A DNA stretch of 38,552 nucleotides from an uncultured Elusimicrobia bacterium. GTDB taxonomy: Bacteria > Elusimicrobiota > Elusimicrobia > UBA1565 > UBA9628. Numbering within the stretch: position 1 is the stretch's first letter; each line of letters begins with the position of its first letter. The position numbers were made by a program, and so were the translations under genes. The stretch is from assembly GCA_903874575.1 (NCBI GenBank), contig CAIQSZ010000370.1:1-38552 (forward strand), in the 5' to 3' direction. The notes beneath the pieces are model-generated. The model was given only the letters and a program-made list of their open reading frames with translations. It did not search any database and was not told the DNA's origin. Shown piece after piece: positions 17,276-24,872 of the stretch.

Positions 17276-18043
17276 ATGGAACACTCCATCGACATCCGGT
17301 TGCGCCTTCACTTCGAACCTCGCACCCTGCGCCCGGTTCTCGCGGGGCTGTTCGTGTTCCTGCTGGCGGCGGACCTCGCGTCCGAGAGCGTCACGCTGAC
17401 CACCTATTACCCGGCCCCGTCGGGGGTCTATACGCAGATGATCACGACCAACAATACGTTTCTGGCCCGCGACGCCGGCAACGTCGGCATTGGGACGGCC
17501 GCGCCCGTGTCTAAACTCGACGTGACGGGGACCGCCTACGTCAGCAAGTTGGTCATGAAAGGGAACAACACCGCGAACACCGCCGATCCGCTTGCGGCGG
17601 ACTTCGTGATCGGCAGCAACAGCCTAGGCGCGGTGCGCCACGACTCAAGCATCATGTTTTGGAGCAATGCGAGCGCCTCGCGCATTTTTAACCAAAACGA
17701 CAGTTTCTTCCTAAGTGCTTGGAATCAAAATCCGACCGCCGCCGCCAACGTCGTTCTGGGCGCGGGGCCCGGCTTCTCCAGCCACTTCGGCGGCAACCTT
17801 GGCGTCGCCGGGACTCCGCCGGGCGCCAGTCCATATTTATACGTGAACGCGGCCAACGCTCCCGGCTGCGCCGTGACCTTTGGGAACTGCGCTCCGGGTC
17901 AGTACATCACCTGGGTGCCCGGCATCTATGTCGACAATGCTTGGTGGTATACCGGAGATACTTTGAACTTCGTGCCCCATGGGGGTATTTCGGGGTTCGA
18001 CGTCACAACGGCGCCTACCCCCCATTATTGTTGCAATCAATAA
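17276..18043 (+). CDS. secreted or membrane-anchored protein with tail-fibre-like GNVGIGT motif, C-terminal ...HYCCNQ
   Basis: N-terminal hydrophobic anchor LAGLFVFLLAADLA, then TLTTYYPAPSGVYTQM and AGNVGIGTAAPVSKLDVTG. First gene of the long plus-strand operon. The start is uncertain: ATG at 17276 or TTG at 17249. A weak TAGTCA-17-TATACT promoter-like element lies at 17237-17265. Confidence 0.55.
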   Translation: MEHSIDIRLRLHFEPRTLRPVLAGLFVFLLAADLASESVTLTTYYPAPSGVYTQMITTNNTFLARDAGNVGIGTAAPVSKLDVTGTAYVSKLVMKGNNTANTADPLAADFVIGSNSLGAVRHDSSIMFWSNASASRIFNQNDSFFLSAWNQNPTAAANVVLGAGPGFSSHFGGNLGVAGTPPGASPYLYVNAANAPGCAVTFGNCAPGQYITWVPGIYVDNAWWYTGDTLNFVPHGGISGFDVTTAPTPHYCCNQ

Positions 18044-18084
18044 TGACGGGCCGGCATATCCGCAGTGGAAGTTCGGAACGTTGA

Positions 18085-19026
18085 ATGGCTGAGCTCGCCT
18101 ATCTCCAGGTCGCGCGAGTTTGCAACCAGAAGTGTCTCTTCTGTTCGAATCCGGAGAACGGACGCGTCATCAGCTGGGAGGAGGCGGTGTCCTTCGTGGA
18201 CTCCTCCGCGGCCCAAGGGGCGGCCGGTCTTATCCTCACCGGTGGAGAACCGACGTTGTTCGAGCGCCTTCCCGAGTTGGTCGCCTATGCCCGCAAAAAG
18301 GGACTGCCCGCCAGGATGATCACCAACGGCCAGCGCGCCGCTCGGCCGGGCTTTCTGCGCGCACTCGCCGCCGCGGGTCTGGAGCATATGCACGTCTCCG
18401 TTCATTCCGTCAAACCCCGCGTCCAAGGGCGCCTGACCGGCAATCCGCGGTCTTTGGCCAATATTTTCAAGGCCATAGAATACGCCGGCCGCGAAGGCGT
18501 GAGGGTGGACGTCAACATGGTCATCAATGCGTTGAACGCCGATCACTTGAGCCTCAACGTCCAGGTTTTGGCGGAAAGATTCCCGTTTCTGCGTCATTTC
18601 GTTTGGAACAACCTGGACCCGATGATGAACCGCGCCTCGCTCAATCCGGACCTGGTTCCCAAACTACGCGCTTTCGAGGTGGAACTCCACAAGGCCATGG
18701 TTTGGCTGGACGCGACGGGGAGGACCTTCCGCGTCGAGAGGGTCCCCCTGTGCTTCATGTCCGACTTCCCTCACCGCTCGACCGAGACGCGCAAGATCGT
18801 CAAGGACGAGAACCGCGAGATATACTTCCTCGATGAGAAAGGCCTGCGCCGCCAAGGCCGGAGCGCCTGGACCTACGAAAAGCCGGCGCGGTGCGCCGAC
18901 TGCTCCCTGACGACGATCTGCGCGGGTCTTTACCAGATGGACGTCTATTATTCCTCGGAGGAACTCTGCCCGGTTTTCACGCCCGTCGAAAGCGTGCGGG
19001 CGGCCGTCAAGGCGGACGCTCCATGA
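18085..19026 (+). CDS. radical SAM enzyme, HxsC-like paralog 1
   Basis: CNQKCLFC (CX3CX2C), LTGGEPTL, ITNGQR and the C-terminal CADCSLTTIC (CxxCx5C) motif, which is shared with four other domains in the operon. Confidence 0.75.
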   Translation: MAELAYLQVARVCNQKCLFCSNPENGRVISWEEAVSFVDSSAAQGAAGLILTGGEPTLFERLPELVAYARKKGLPARMITNGQRAARPGFLRALAAAGLEHMHVSVHSVKPRVQGRLTGNPRSLANIFKAIEYAGREGVRVDVNMVINALNADHLSLNVQVLAERFPFLRHFVWNNLDPMMNRASLNPDLVPKLRAFEVELHKAMVWLDATGRTFRVERVPLCFMSDFPHRSTETRKIVKDENREIYFLDEKGLRRQGRSAWTYEKPARCADCSLTTICAGLYQMDVYYSSEELCPVFTPVESVRAAVKADAP

Positions 19027-20198
19027 GCGGAAACTTATTTCTCGGCGTGATTCTTCTTCTCGGAGGGGCGGCGACCATGTCGGATTGGCGGGAGAGCCGC
19101 GTGCCGAACCGGCTCGTCCTGCTGGGCCTGGCCGCCTTCGCCGGCGGACTGGTCTATCACCTGCTCTCCTCGGTCCTCGGGCATCGGGGATGGCGCCTGC
19201 TCGACATAGGTGAATATTATTTGCCCTGGCGTTTTTTCTCGATGCTGGGCGTTCACGCGATTTTGAGTCTCATCGCCGGTTGGACTCTGTGGCGTGTCGA
19301 CGTTTGGCCCGCCGGCGACGCCAAGCTTTATATTGTAATTTCTTGGCTCCTGCCTCTGGCCAACGCGAATTTGACGGGTTTCCCGAGACTCCTCTTCATC
19401 GTACTCCTCATCAATTGCTTCGTGCCGCCGGGTATACTCTTCGCCTGCGAGGGGGTCATCCGGCTCGCGGCCGCGGTCCCGGCGTTCTTTTCCGAAGGGA
19501 TATTCCGCGCGCTCAAGTCCGCCGTGAGCCGCGTCGTCCGGCGGATCAAGGACCTGCGGCCCATGCGACTGGAGGTGGCCGCCTTGCTGGTCAATTTGGC
19601 GTGCTTGTTCTTCGTCATGCGCTTGCTCGAGGCGCAGCTTCACCGCCAGCCGTTCGGGGCTTTAGGCCAGCTCGCGGTGTTTCTATCGATGCTCGTGGTC
19701 TGGCCTCGGCTTGTCGTCCTCCTCTATCGACCCCGATTAGGCGCCGCGGCGCTGTGTCTGTTTTTCGTCGGAGCAGTCTGCGCCGTCGTCGCGGGATTGG
19801 ACTTGGGGGCGGTTGTCTGGCGCGCGGCCAAGATGATGGTCAACTTCGGTTTCGCTCTTTCTTTGGCGCGCGTGGTCTTCAGCCGCGTCATCGAGCGCTC
19901 GAGTCTGCGGGACGTCGCCCCCGACGAATTGCGCCCGGGCGCCTTGCTGGCGGACACGGAGTGGGAAGCGCTTTCCAAGGACGAGGGCTCGCGCGGGATC
20001 GTGGAAGAGAGGAACTGCGACGGCCTGACGCGCGTCGAGGCCGAAGCTCTCCGCAGCAGCCTGTCGGGCCGCGGCGTCCGTTCCTTGTGCGTTTACCGGA
20101 CCGTTCCTTTCGCGGCCTGGATATTCCTGGGCACGGTATTGACCCTCGCGCATCAGGGGACCATCGTGTCTTGGGCTCGGAGTTGGATGGCTCGATGA
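19023..20198 (+). CDS. A24-family (prepilin peptidase-like) polytopic aspartyl protease with an inserted or extended C-terminal region
   Basis: The first Asp context MSDWRESRVPNRL resembles the D-x-R-x-x-IPN of CpaA/TadV. The second is WPAGDAKLY, a GxGDxKL-like motif. The C-terminal TVPFAAWIFLG resembles the PFGPFL end of prepilin peptidases. ATGA overlaps on both sides with radical SAM genes. Confidence 0.6.
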   Translation: MSGNLFLGVILLLGGAATMSDWRESRVPNRLVLLGLAAFAGGLVYHLLSSVLGHRGWRLLDIGEYYLPWRFFSMLGVHAILSLIAGWTLWRVDVWPAGDAKLYIVISWLLPLANANLTGFPRLLFIVLLINCFVPPGILFACEGVIRLAAAVPAFFSEGIFRALKSAVSRVVRRIKDLRPMRLEVAALLVNLACLFFVMRLLEAQLHRQPFGALGQLAVFLSMLVVWPRLVVLLYRPRLGAAALCLFFVGAVCAVVAGLDLGAVVWRAAKMMVNFGFALSLARVVFSRVIERSSLRDVAPDELRPGALLADTEWEALSKDEGSRGIVEERNCDGLTRVEAEALRSSLSGRGVRSLCVYRTVPFAAWIFLGTVLTLAHQGTIVSWARSWMAR

Positions 20199-21106
20199 GC
20201 GAACGCATCGACCTTAAAGTGGGTTTTCGCTGCAACAACTACTGCACGTTCTGCGTCCAGGGCGACAAACGTCAGCGTCTGCCCTCCAAGCCCGAGGGCG
20301 AACTTTTCAAAGCGCTCGAGGAGGGCCGGCTTGAAGGCGCCGACGGCGTCGTTCTCACCGGCGGCGAGCCGACGCTTCATCCTAAGATCGTCGCCATCGC
20401 GGCCAAAGCCAAGAGCCTCGGCTATCGGACGATCCAGGTCCAGACCAACGGGCGGACCTTCTGCTACGGCGACCTTATCAAGCGCCTGGCCGACGCGGGC
20501 GTCAACGAGTTCGGTCCATCCCTGCATGGTTCCACGGCGAGGATACACGATTGGCTCACCGGCGCGCCGGGGGCCTTCCTTCAGACCGTCTCGGGCATGC
20601 GCAACATAAAGAAACACGGAATGCGCCTCATCACCAACTCCGTCATTACGAGAGCCAATTATCGAGATCTCCCTAATTTGGCGAAGCTTCTCGTGTCGCT
20701 CGGCGTCGATCAGTTTCAATTCGCGTTCATGCACATGACCGGGCGCGCCGGAGAGAACAAGAATTGGCTGACGGCGCGCATGGCGATCGCCGAGCCTTGG
20801 GTGAAAAAGGCTCTTGACGTCGGCATCGCCGCCGGCCGGACCGTCATGACCGAGGCTATTCCTTACTGCCGCATGTCCGGGTATGAGGACTATGTCGCCG
20901 AGAGGATCATTCCCCGCACCCGAATCTACGACGCCGACTGCGTCATCGCCGACTACACCAAGACCCGTTTGGACGAAGGGAAGGCTCGCGGACCGCTTTG
21001 TCCGAAATGCGATTGGAACGACCGTTGCGAGGGTCCGTGGCGGGAATATCCGGAACTTTTCGGTTGGGATGAATTCGTTCCGGTTTTGCGAACTGGGGGG
21101 GCTTAG
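20195..21106 (+). CDS. radical SAM enzyme, HxsC-like paralog 2
   Basis: CNNYCTFC, LTGGEPTL, QTNGRTF and C-terminal CPKCDWNDRC (CxxCx5C). Confidence 0.75.
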   Translation: MSERIDLKVGFRCNNYCTFCVQGDKRQRLPSKPEGELFKALEEGRLEGADGVVLTGGEPTLHPKIVAIAAKAKSLGYRTIQVQTNGRTFCYGDLIKRLADAGVNEFGPSLHGSTARIHDWLTGAPGAFLQTVSGMRNIKKHGMRLITNSVITRANYRDLPNLAKLLVSLGVDQFQFAFMHMTGRAGENKNWLTARMAIAEPWVKKALDVGIAAGRTVMTEAIPYCRMSGYEDYVAERIIPRTRIYDADCVIADYTKTRLDEGKARGPLCPKCDWNDRCEGPWREYPELFGWDEFVPVLRTGGA

Positions 21107-21116
21107 GCCAACGACT

Positions 21117-22289
21117 ATGAGCAGGTTAATAAAGCGGTTCCGTCGCGTTTTTTTCGCCGTCCTTGCCGTCTTGACGGTCGGGGTGTGCCATGCCGCTCCG
21201 CCTTCCCAGCCGCAACAAGCCAAGCTCGGCCAGAAGGATGCAGGTAAAAATACCGGCAAAAGCGAGGAAAGAGACAGGAGCAAAGACAAGGAGCAGCAAG
21301 CGAACCTGAGAAAATTTTCCGCTTGGGACGAACTGTGCCGGGCGGGGACGTTCGATATTCGCGCCGTCAAGGGCCGCGATTCGGGCTCTCCGCCTGAATT
21401 GGGCGTGGCGTATGCGTGCCTTGCGCTGGCGTCTTCCGCGGCGGCTCCGGCCAAGGCGTCGGGCAATCCGGGATTGGACGAGGACGTCCGCAGCCTGACC
21501 GGGAGCGTCTTAGCCATTCACGGCGTCCTGTCGGGAGGTGGTTACACGGAGAAAGCATGCCGGTTGATGGCCGGGACGCCTGAGGGCCAGGCGCCCTCCT
21601 CCGCGAGCAAGCAGCAGTGCCAGCTTTTTTTCTCGGCCCTCCGGGAGAACAAGGGCGGCGGCTTATTGTGCGATCAGGCCAAGGCGAAAGGTCTTGCGGG
21701 CGCAGGCTTTGATTGTTCTCTGGCCGCCAACGTCGTGGATGGGAATTCCAAACGATGCGGCGGTCCCGATGCTTTGCGCTGCCAGGAACTGGCGGGTCTC
21801 GTCGCGGCGTTGCGTTCCAAGGATCCGGGAGGGTGCTCGTCCTCCGTGTTCTGCAAGGTCTTGAAGAGTCGCGACGCCAGGGATTGCGAGCCGTATTTGA
21901 AAAAAGCGGACGTCGGGTTCTGCGCTCGGAACGCCGAGGAATTAGGTAAGCTGAAGCAAGCGGCCCGCGGCGATGCGGATCGTGAGAAAAAAGACAAGGA
22001 CGAGCTCGCCGCAAAAATCCGCGACCAGCAGGCGCAGATTCAAGCCGAAGCCAAGAAAGCCCAGGAGGACCTCGCTGCAAAAACAAGAGATCAGAAACTG
22101 ATGCCCGCGGATGCCGCAGCCAAATTAGCCCGCAGCGAGCAGCAGGCGGAGGCGATGGCCAAAAAAGCGGCCGCCAAAAAAGCGGCGGATGAAAAATTTC
22201 ATAAAGATAAATTTAATAAAATGCAGCCCATGCAGGCCGTCTCGACGGATATCCAGAAGCGAATGAAAGAGATCGAAGGGAAGAAGTGA
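21117..22289 (+). CDS. secreted Cys-rich protein with C-terminal Lys/Ala/Glu-rich coiled-coil tail
   Basis: Signal peptide MSRLIKRFRRVFFAVLAVLTVGVCHA. Repeated short D/K-x(2-4)-C spacing, seen in KDPGGC, RDARDC, ADVGFC and PDALRC. The last ~110 aa are low-complexity K/A/E/Q. Confidence 0.6.
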   Translation: MSRLIKRFRRVFFAVLAVLTVGVCHAAPPSQPQQAKLGQKDAGKNTGKSEERDRSKDKEQQANLRKFSAWDELCRAGTFDIRAVKGRDSGSPPELGVAYACLALASSAAAPAKASGNPGLDEDVRSLTGSVLAIHGVLSGGGYTEKACRLMAGTPEGQAPSSASKQQCQLFFSALRENKGGGLLCDQAKAKGLAGAGFDCSLAANVVDGNSKRCGGPDALRCQELAGLVAALRSKDPGGCSSSVFCKVLKSRDARDCEPYLKKADVGFCARNAEELGKLKQAARGDADREKKDKDELAAKIRDQQAQIQAEAKKAQEDLAAKTRDQKLMPADAAAKLARSEQQAEAMAKKAAAKKAADEKFHKDKFNKMQPMQAVSTDIQKRMKEIEGKK

Positions 22290-22302
22290 ACGCAGTTCCG
22301 AT

Positions 22303-22929
22303 ATGTCGGCGCGCAGGGAGAATATCAGGGTGAAAAAGCAATCGAAGGAATCTAAGATCGTGGTGGACCTTTCGGTGTATCCATTGGAGGCGGTCCAGGC
22401 CGTGGCTTACTCGCTGATGGAGCGCCTTTCCGTTCGCATAGAACGCGGCGGGAATAAAGCGGTTTCCGTCATCCTGAAGCCGAAGTCGGGCGGGAATCCC
22501 GAGGCGCTGGCCGACGAATTCCAAGGCGAGCTTCTGCATGAGACCCTCCGTCTCCAGGTGTCGCTGGCGAATCAAAAGATCCGAGAGTACATCGTGACGA
22601 AGGCCTTGGTTTCGGCCCAGGTTCCCAGTGTGGTTCCGGAAGCGGTCTCTGATTCGGCCTCGTCGGCGGCGGCTGAGTCCTGTCCCGAGTGCCAGGCCCA
22701 ACAGGCCCAAGCCGCGCCGCCTCCGGTCGACGCGGAATTGGAGAAAGAGATCGAGAAACTTCTCGTTGAAATCGAGAAGGGCGACGGCGGAGACGATCCT
22801 CTGGGAGTGGCGGTGCCGTGGGAAGAGAAGTACGGCAAGGCGTCCGAAGCCGCGCCGCCGCCTTCGGATAAAGAGCCCTCGAAAATGAAATCAAAAACGG
22901 CAAAGCCGGCGAAGCCGGGGGCTGCATGA
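22303..22929 (+). CDS. hxsD: HxsD-like protein (His-Xaa-Ser system accessory protein) with ~100-aa low-complexity C-terminal extension
   Basis: FQGELLHETLRLQVSLANQKIREYIVTKAL resembles the LLNDYxLRE signature I recall for HxsD. The gene sits directly upstream of hxsB with an ATGA overlap. The tail contains CPEC and Pro/Ala/Lys-rich sequence. Confidence 0.55.
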   Translation: MSARRENIRVKKQSKESKIVVDLSVYPLEAVQAVAYSLMERLSVRIERGGNKAVSVILKPKSGGNPEALADEFQGELLHETLRLQVSLANQKIREYIVTKALVSAQVPSVVPEAVSDSASSAAAESCPECQAQQAQAAPPPVDAELEKEIEKLLVEIEKGDGGDDPLGVAVPWEEKYGKASEAAPPPSDKEPSKMKSKTAKPAKPGAA

Positions 22930-24395
22930 GCGGGGAAGCCCCCATCGTGGAGTTCCCACGCCTCAATCCGGAAAAGACGGGTTTTTTTCGGTTTCGACGG
23001 CTCAAGGATGATTATCTCATCACCAATGATTTCGGCCGGCACTGCCTCTTAACGGCGGCGGAGTTCAAGAGCTTCGTCGAGGGCTCGATGGACGCATCCT
23101 CGCCGTTGTACGCGCGGCTGGCGCAGGACGGATTCATCCGCGACAGCATGGATTTCGAGGCGTTGACGTCCGTTTGGCGGACTCGCAACCGCTTCCTATG
23201 GCAGGCCCCCAATCTTCATATCATCGTCGTCACTTTGCGCTGCAACCACCGTTGCCTCTACTGTCAGGCCAACTCGGTCTCGATGAAGGATGAGTCGTCG
23301 GATATGAGTTTGGAGACGGCGCGCAAGGTCGTGGACCGGATATTCGAGAGCGTAAGCCCCGCCATCACCATCGAGTTCCAGGGCGGGGAACCCTTGGCCA
23401 ACTGGCCGGTCGTTCAGTTCATCGTCGAGTACGCCCGCACGAAGAACCGCGAGGCCGGCAAGAGCCTGTGGATCAACTTAGTCACCAACCTGAGTCTCAT
23501 GGACGACGAGAAGTTGAAATTCCTCCTCAAGAACGAGGTCAACTTTTGCACTTCGCTCGATGGGCCCGCGGACCTGCACGACAAGAACCGCGTTTTCTCC
23601 GGCGGCAACAGCCATGCCGGCGCCGTGCGGTGGTTCAAGAAGATTCAGAAGAAGACGGTGGGCAAAGCCTTCCGCATCGATGCCTTGCTGACGGTGACGC
23701 GGTTCTCGCTGTCGCGCCACAAGGACATCATCGATGAGTATATCGGTCTCGGCATGCGCGGGATATACCTGCGGCCTTTAAGCCGGCTCGGCCTGGCGCG
23801 CGGGACCTGGGACCGGATCGGCTACGAGCCGGACGAGTTCCTCGAATTCTATCGGAAGTCGCTCGATTACATCCTTGAAATCAACAAACGCAAGAATTTT
23901 TTCGAGCAGACCTCCCGCTTGTTCCTGGCTAAGATTTTGGGAGACAACGATCCCAACTTTTTGGACCTCCGTTCGCCCTGCGGCGCGGGGATCGGCCAGA
24001 TCGCCTACAACTTCAACGGCGATCTTTATACCTGCGACGAAGGACGGATGTTCTCGCGCATGGGAGACGAATCCTTCCGCATCGGGGGCGTCAACGAGGG
24101 ATCTTACCAGGAAAGCGTGAGCCACCCGACCGTGCGCGCCATCACGGTGGCTTCCACCCTGGATAACCAACCGCAGTGCTCGAAATGCGCTTATAAGCCC
24201 TACTGCGGCGTGTGCCCGGTGCAGTGCTACGGTGAACAAGGCGATATCATGGGCCGCATGCCGTCCAACACGCGTTGCCGCTTGAACATGGGCGTCCAGG
24301 ACGCTTTATTCGAGCGGCTTCGGGATCCTAAGACGGAAAAGACTTTCAGGAAATGGATTCGTGAAAGAAAAGAACCGGCCGTCTCTCCGCGCTAG
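22926..24395 (+). CDS. hxsB: radical SAM/SPASM maturase, HxsB-like
   Basis: CNHRCLYC lies ~110 aa from the N-terminus. FQGGEPL is present. C-terminal SPASM-type Cys cluster CGAG...YTCDEG...CSKCAYKPYCGVCP. Directly upstream of the His-Xaa-Ser repeat gene. Confidence 0.75.
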   Translation: MSGEAPIVEFPRLNPEKTGFFRFRRLKDDYLITNDFGRHCLLTAAEFKSFVEGSMDASSPLYARLAQDGFIRDSMDFEALTSVWRTRNRFLWQAPNLHIIVVTLRCNHRCLYCQANSVSMKDESSDMSLETARKVVDRIFESVSPAITIEFQGGEPLANWPVVQFIVEYARTKNREAGKSLWINLVTNLSLMDDEKLKFLLKNEVNFCTSLDGPADLHDKNRVFSGGNSHAGAVRWFKKIQKKTVGKAFRIDALLTVTRFSLSRHKDIIDEYIGLGMRGIYLRPLSRLGLARGTWDRIGYEPDEFLEFYRKSLDYILEINKRKNFFEQTSRLFLAKILGDNDPNFLDLRSPCGAGIGQIAYNFNGDLYTCDEGRMFSRMGDESFRIGGVNEGSYQESVSHPTVRAITVASTLDNQPQCSKCAYKPYCGVCPVQCYGEQGDIMGRMPSNTRCRLNMGVQDALFERLRDPKTEKTFRKWIRERKEPAVSPR

Positions 24396-24404
24396 AGGTA
24401 TTCC

Positions 24405-24872
24405 ATGGGCAAAGAAATCATTCCTAAAATCAAAAAAGACCTCACTCGGTTCTTGACGAGTGAAGAAGGTAAGATGCTCAAGAAGGACATCCTTAAGGCC
24501 GCAGCCATCCTGGGCATCGTCGGAGCGACCATGATGAAGGCGGAGGACGTCCTCGCTCAGACCCACACCAACGCCCTCCATAATTCGGGCGGACAGGCGT
24601 CGAGCCATGTGAGCCATAGTTCGCATGCCAGCCATGCTTCTCACGGCTCTCACGGCAGCCACGGTTCGCACGGCAGCCACGGTTCGCACGGCTCCCATGG
24701 CTCGCACGGAAGCCACGGCAGCCACGGGTCCCACGGCTCGCACGGATCCCATTCATCCCACGGCAGCCACGGCAGTCATGGGAGCCATGGCAGCCACGGC
24801 AGTCATGGCAGCCACGGCAGCCACGGCAGCCACGGCAGTCATGGGAGCCATGGCAGCCACGGGAGTTGGTAG
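24405..24872 (+). CDS. hxsA: His-Xaa-Ser repeat precursor protein (29 H-x-S triplets, 24 of them HGS)
   Basis: GAGG RBS 7 nt upstream of the ATG. A 67-aa N-terminal region contains the Sec-like hydrophobic segment KKDILKAAAILGIVGATMMKAEDVLAQ. Then HVS-HSS-HAS-HAS-(HGS)12-HSS-(HGS)12-W-stop. Confidence 0.85.
   Translation: MGKEIIPKIKKDLTRFLTSEEGKMLKKDILKAAAILGIVGATMMKAEDVLAQTHTNALHNSGGQASSHVSHSSHASHASHGSHGSHGSHGSHGSHGSHGSHGSHGSHGSHGSHGSHSSHGSHGSHGSHGSHGSHGSHGSHGSHGSHGSHGSHGSW
24606..24866 (+). repeat. coding tandem repeat, 9-nt period x 29 (CAY-GGN-TCN/AGY)
   Basis: Read directly from the sequence. The first 12 HGS units mix TCT/TCG/TCC/AGC Ser codons, while the last 12 use only AGC/AGT. The last 12 also contain an exact 36-nt duplication, units 1-4 equal to units 8-11 of that block. 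Confidence 0.95.

Noticed and set aside
17276-18043. Tail-fibre-like motif as evidence for a prophage
   Set aside because: No capsid, terminase, portal, integrase or other phage genes are nearby. The gene is the first cistron of the rSAM operon, and GNVGIGT-type motifs also occur in bacterial surface proteins.
24606-24866. Regular short-period repeat array that could superficially suggest a CRISPR or other non-coding array
   Set aside because: The period is only 9 nt with no spacers. It sits in frame inside an ORF with an RBS and encodes H-x-S triplets with synonymous codon variation. It is therefore a coding tandem repeat, not a CRISPR.
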